DNA of 62,792 nucleotides, counting the filler. It is 4 parts of 4 records of this genome, joined end to end, with 100 filler letters (N's around TTAATTAATTAA, not from the genome) between each part and the next. Parts side by side here need not be neighbours in the genome. Positions count along the whole stretch, not along the records: positions 55,830 to 62,792 come from SRR20825006_2407; 3 more parts are not named here. One strand, given 5' to 3'. Made by a program: the position numbers and the translations under genes. Every line of letters starts with the position of its first letter. The stretch's first letter is position 1. The notes beneath the pieces are model-generated. The model saw only the letters and a list, made by a program, of their open reading frames with translations. It ran no database searches and had not been told where the DNA came from. Positions 58,927 to 62,792 of the stretch are shown piece after piece.

Positions 58927-59925
58927 ATGCGCGAACCATCGCAAATCAATCCCGCAGAATCCAAACCGGTTGATCGGCGTCAGGCGTGTCAGCGATTGAT
59001 GGCCGGAGCGACTTCGTTGATGGGACTGACGACTCTGAACGGTTGCGTTGCTTCCGCGTTCGGCGGGACACCCGAACTGGTTTGGGGACGACGTGGATTT
59101 TCAGACGGGCGTTTTTTGAAGCCGCGAGCGATGGCAATCGACCCGGACGACCAACTGTACATCGTCGACACGACCGGTCGGATCCAAGTTTTCGATGCCG
59201 ATGGCCAACATTTGCGAACTTGGGCGACGCCGGAAACAAACAACGGGCGTCCCACGGGAATGGTTTTCGACGGTGCAAAGAACCGATTGCTGGTCGCTGA
59301 CACGCACTATTATCGAATGCTCGCGTTCACACCAACCGGGGAGCTCTTACCGGAGGATCAAATTGGCGGCACTTCCGGAAGTGGTGCCGGCGAGTTCGCT
59401 TTTGTGACCGATATCGCGGTTGATGGCGATGGTTGTCTGTACATCGGAGAGTATGGAGCGTCGGATCGGATTCAGCGGTTCGACCCCGATGGCACCTTCA
59501 TGGCACAGTGGGGCGGAACGGGGCGTGAGGTCCAGCACTTTGTTCGGCCACAAAGCTTGGTCATTCACGAGAAGACACTGTGGATCGCGGACGCCTGCAA
59601 TCATCGGGTCCAGCGATACGATATCTCGACGACCGAGCCACGATGGATTGGGTCATGGGGACAAGAAGGCAAGCAACTCGGCGAGTTTTACTATCCCTAT
59701 GGAATCGCGGTGGACCCGGATGGCACCGTGTTGGTTTGCGAATTTGGCAACCAACGAGTCCAACGTTTGACGCCCGACGGCGAGCCCATCTCGTCCTGGG
59801 GCGCTCCAGGACACGACCCTGGACAACTCTATGAGCCCTGGGGATTGGTCGTCGATTCTCGACGGCGAGTCCATGTGCTGGATAGCAACAATCACCGCGT
59901 TCAGCGATTCACGCTGCCAGGTTAG
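58927..59925 (+). CDS. NHL-repeat beta-propeller lipoprotein
   Basis: DRR twin-Arg-like signal + LNGC; repeated F..P.G.AVD..G...V.D..N.R.Q.F. Confidence 0.88.
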   Translation: MREPSQINPAESKPVDRRQACQRLMAGATSLMGLTTLNGCVASAFGGTPELVWGRRGFSDGRFLKPRAMAIDPDDQLYIVDTTGRIQVFDADGQHLRTWATPETNNGRPTGMVFDGAKNRLLVADTHYYRMLAFTPTGELLPEDQIGGTSGSGAGEFAFVTDIAVDGDGCLYIGEYGASDRIQRFDPDGTFMAQWGGTGREVQHFVRPQSLVIHEKTLWIADACNHRVQRYDISTTEPRWIGSWGQEGKQLGEFYYPYGIAVDPDGTVLVCEFGNQRVQRLTPDGEPISSWGAPGHDPGQLYEPWGLVVDSRRRVHVLDSNNHRVQRFTLPG

Positions 59926-60034
59926 CAGGTGACCAATGTCGCCGATTGGCTCCGGCCAATCGACTCGCTTCGCTGTTGCGGGGGTGGATCTCCGTTGGGC
60001 GGAGCCAACGGGCGACGAACTCATTGGCGACGAA

Positions 60035-60886
60035 TCAATCGTGTGTCTGCTCACGCAAGACTTCGGTCAGGCGATCGCGGATGATTTTTCCCCAAATGAC
60101 GTAGCCTTCTTCGTTGAGGTGCAATTGATCGTCGACAAACAGGTTTTCTCGCGGTTCGTTGTCGTGGGTCAAAAACGTTTCCGCCGTGGCCACGAAGTGC
60201 ACATTGGGTTCGGTGAAGCAAACCTCACGCAGCATCGCGTTGAGTTCGCGAATTTTTGGCCACGCGTCGTAGCGTGAACGCGTCGGGGTGACTTCGACTA
60301 ACAAGACGGGGGCGCCCGGACGATGCTCACGAGCGACAGCGACAACGTGGCGAACCAATTGTTCGACTTCTTCAGGTGTGGCATCTGTTTCCTTGCCCGA
60401 GATGTCATTGCCTACGAAGGCCACAATCGCACGAAAATCATGGGGCGTGATCAGTCGTTCGGCGTAAACGGCGAGATCCGAATACCTGGCGCCGCCGTAG
60501 CCCCTTGGAATGACTCGAAACGGTGCCAAGTCTTCGGCGGCTGTATCCCAGCGGCGAATGCTGCTGCTGCCGATCAGCAGAATTCCGTCGGCCGGATCAG
60601 TGGTTTTCGCGTCGAGAGTCTCGTATTTCTGGATCTCCTTTTCCCAACGTTTGGTGGCCGCTTCGCGATAGGGAGCCAAAACATCGGCATCGCTCTCAGA
60701 TGGTTGGTTGGCGACACCAGCCGCAGCCGTGTGTTGAGCCTTTGCACGGGGGACATGTGCGCTGGGAAGAATCGAAAGGCAGGCGAATCCACTCAAAATC
60801 CATGCCGCAAAGCGGGCGGAAGTGAATTGTGGCTTGGCGAGATGGGCATCGACGGGCTGGCGAAAGGCAAACGTTTTCAAACGCAT
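60035..60886 (-). CDS. SGNH/GDSL hydrolase family protein
   Basis: IGSSSIRRW, RGYGG, GNDI, DQLHLN. Confidence 0.9.
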   Translation of the reverse strand: MRLKTFAFRQPVDAHLAKPQFTSARFAAWILSGFACLSILPSAHVPRAKAQHTAAAGVANQPSESDADVLAPYREAATKRWEKEIQKYETLDAKTTDPADGILLIGSSSIRRWDTAAEDLAPFRVIPRGYGGARYSDLAVYAERLITPHDFRAIVAFVGNDISGKETDATPEEVEQLVRHVVAVAREHRPGAPVLLVEVTPTRSRYDAWPKIRELNAMLREVCFTEPNVHFVATAETFLTHDNEPRENLFVDDQLHLNEEGYVIWGKIIRDRLTEVLREQTHD

Positions 60887-61181
60887 GGTGTGAAACCTGG
60901 GGTGGGGAGCGAGGGCGGGAGCCAATGCTGACGCGAGCAGGCCAATATTGACGCGAGGGGGGCGGTTGGAAGCTTCGGCAGGCGGGTGAAGGGAAGGGAA
61001 GACAGGGCCAGAACGTTAAGATGCGTAGTTTAGCACGCATCCCAAGGGCATCGGAGAACACCTTCGCGGGTCAACCCGTCTTGTCACCTGGTGTTCAATC
61101 GCGAACACTGAACCTTCTTGCCCCGATTGGGCCTTTTGTTCATGACGGCAACCCTGTATTCCACGCCAAAGGCTACCACGA

Positions 61182-61865
61182 ATGTCCGATCCGTTTGGTT
61201 CCCCGTTTCCGTCCCTGCATGATCAGAACCTAAACGCGCAACACGCCATGGCTTCGGATCATCGTCTCGCAAACGCGGCTTCCTACCAGAGTTATCAACG
61301 CCAACGTCAGATGACGCTGGGCGATTTGTTGCTTGAAAACCGAATCGTTTTCATGCAAGGCGAGATCCACTACGCCAATGCCAACGAAATCGTCATGAAG
61401 CTGTTGTATCTTCAGAGCGAGAATCGTCGCAAAGATATCCACCTTTACATCAACTCGCCCGGTGGCAGCGTCACGGCAACGTTGGCGATTTACGACACCA
61501 TGCAAATGCTGTCGTGCCCCGTCGCAACCTACTGCGTTGGCGAAGCCTGCAGCGGAGCGGCAGTGTTGTTGATCGGTGGTGCCAAGGGAAAGCGATTCTG
61601 TTTGCCAAACAGTCGCGTGATGATGCACCAACCGCTCGGCGGAGTCTCAGGTCAAGTCAGCGACATTGAAATCCAAGCGGCCGAAATGTTCCGCTATCGC
61701 GACAAACTGAACGAAATTATCTCCAGCCATTGCGGTAAATCGGTGGAGCAAATCGCCAAGGACACCGATCGCGATTTCTTCTTGGACGCACAACAAGCCA
61801 AAGAGTACGGGCTCGTTGACGACCTCTTGTTGGGAACTCCCGCAAGCGAAGAAGACGAAGACTGA
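61182..61865 (+). CDS. clpP: ATP-dependent Clp protease proteolytic subunit
   Basis: [15 protein letters not shown] (Ser), MHQP (His), RDFF (Asp). Confidence 0.95.
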   Translation: MSDPFGSPFPSLHDQNLNAQHAMASDHRLANAASYQSYQRQRQMTLGDLLLENRIVFMQGEIHYANANEIVMKLLYLQSENRRKDIHLYINSPGGSVTATLAIYDTMQMLSCPVATYCVGEACSGAAVLLIGGAKGKRFCLPNSRVMMHQPLGGVSGQVSDIEIQAAEMFRYRDKLNEIISSHCGKSVEQIAKDTDRDFFLDAQQAKEYGLVDDLLLGTPASEEDED

Positions 61866-61923
61866 TTCACCTCAGACTTCGGACCTCCCCTTCTCAACGA
61901 ACCAAAACAACTAGGACATCATT

Positions 61924-62511
61924 ATGCCCGTCATTCCTTACGTGGTCGAAAGCAACGGCCGCGAAGAACGCACGTACGATATCTACAGCCGGTTGCTGAA
62001 AGACCGGATCATTTTTCTGGGTCAACAAGTCGACGACCAAATCAGCAACGCGCTCGTCGCTCAAATGCTGTTTTTGCAAGCGGATGATCCCAAGAAAGAC
62101 ATCCACATGTACATCAACTCGCCTGGTGGTAGCATCACGGCGGGCATGGCGATCTATGACACGATGCAATTCGTTTCGTGCGACGTCGCGACGTACTGCA
62201 TCGGACAAGCCGCTTCGATGGGCGCGGTTTTGTTGACCGCCGGTGCCAAGGGCAAGCGATTCGCTCTGCCGAATGCTCGCATCATGATTCACCAGCCACT
62301 CGCTGGCATGCAGGGCACTGCTCGCGAAGTGGAAATCCACGTCGCTGAGTTGCGCCGGATCAAGCAACGCATGAACGAGATCATGATCGAACACACCGGT
62401 CACTCGCTCGAGAAAATCGAAGAGGACACCGATCGTGACCGCTTCATGTCAGCCGACGAAGCGTGCAGCTACGGTTTGATCGACAAGGTCGTCAAAAGCG
62501 TCGACGACTGA
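61924..62511 (+). CDS. clpP: ATP-dependent Clp protease proteolytic subunit
   Basis: [30 protein letters not shown]. Confidence 0.97.
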   Translation: MPVIPYVVESNGREERTYDIYSRLLKDRIIFLGQQVDDQISNALVAQMLFLQADDPKKDIHMYINSPGGSITAGMAIYDTMQFVSCDVATYCIGQAASMGAVLLTAGAKGKRFALPNARIMIHQPLAGMQGTAREVEIHVAELRRIKQRMNEIMIEHTGHSLEKIEEDTDRDRFMSADEACSYGLIDKVVKSVDD

Positions 62512-62673
62512 TCACTTGCGATAACAGGGATGGCCGGTTTTCCCCGGCCGTCTCGCATCGCCCCCTTCGTCTAGTGGCCCAGGACATCGGCCCATATCCG
62601 GTCGGAAACGCTCGTTCGAATCGGGCAGGGGGTACTCTCGCTGTGACTGTCTCGCAGCGTCTTTGAGGGATGA

Positions 62674-62708
62674 TTGCAAAGGGCAAATTGACAATTGCAA
62701 ATTGCAAA
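62674..62708. repeat. heptamer tandem repeat
   Basis: TTGCAAA GGGCAAA TTGACAA TTGCAAA TTGCAAA. Confidence 0.7.
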
Positions 62709-62764
62709 ATGCGGATTCAGGCAACCTGGTTCCAGCGTCACGCGTTCGGGTCGCGAAGTGGGTG

Positions 62765-62788
62765 GTAGCTGGATTCGCCAGAATTCAG
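62765..62788 (+). repeat. GTAG-class REP element
   Basis: GTAG-CTGGATTC-gcca-GAATTCAG at the contig end. Confidence 0.65.
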
Positions 62789-62792
62789 ATGG

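Noticed and set aside
61182-62511. Tandem clpP genes as unusual
   Set aside because: Paired clpP genes are common, and both keep the Ser-His-Asp triad

Overview
The window is not one replicon. It is four unrelated contigs joined by 100-bp artificial spacers (44 N + TTAATTAATTAA + 44 N at 20265-20364, 41551-41650 and 55730-55829). Contig A (1-20264) and contig C (41651-55729) are GC-rich and Myxococcota/Bradymonadales-like, probably from the same genome. They carry a partial PAS histidine kinase missed by the ORF track, a three-module DUF285/BspA lipoprotein, an HhH-catalase-like lipoprotein, yebC, three tandem fibre-like secreted proteins with variable 4-Cys tips, a Rieske-FAD oxidoreductase and ybaK. 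They also carry a family of LRR proteins sharing a 'FGELRSLL...PYL' domain, a CglD-like vWA lipoprotein pair behind an uncharacterised HTH protein, an orphan ABC-type AAA ATPase, and a secreted CxxCH/prenyltransferase-barrel protein. Contig B (20365-41550) is AT-rich Flavobacteriaceae-like DNA: moxR-DUF58-bat operon, sulP-can, cvpA, pheS, a Tat-signal aminotransferase with an AEC permease, and a GbsR-RND efflux operon. Contig D (55830-62792) is Rhodopirellula-like: holB, rpiB, a Sua5-LMW phosphatase fusion, NHL and SGNH proteins, and two clpP genes, with a GTAG REP at each end. The best candidates for undescribed biology are (i) the HTH + Cys-rich/CglD-like lipoprotein module, (ii) the tandem variable-tip fibre adhesins, (iii) a ~105-bp hairpin element with conserved flanks but replaced stems, found on both GC-rich contigs, and (iv) the expanded LRR family. 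Family assignments come from motif recognition only; no database searches were run.
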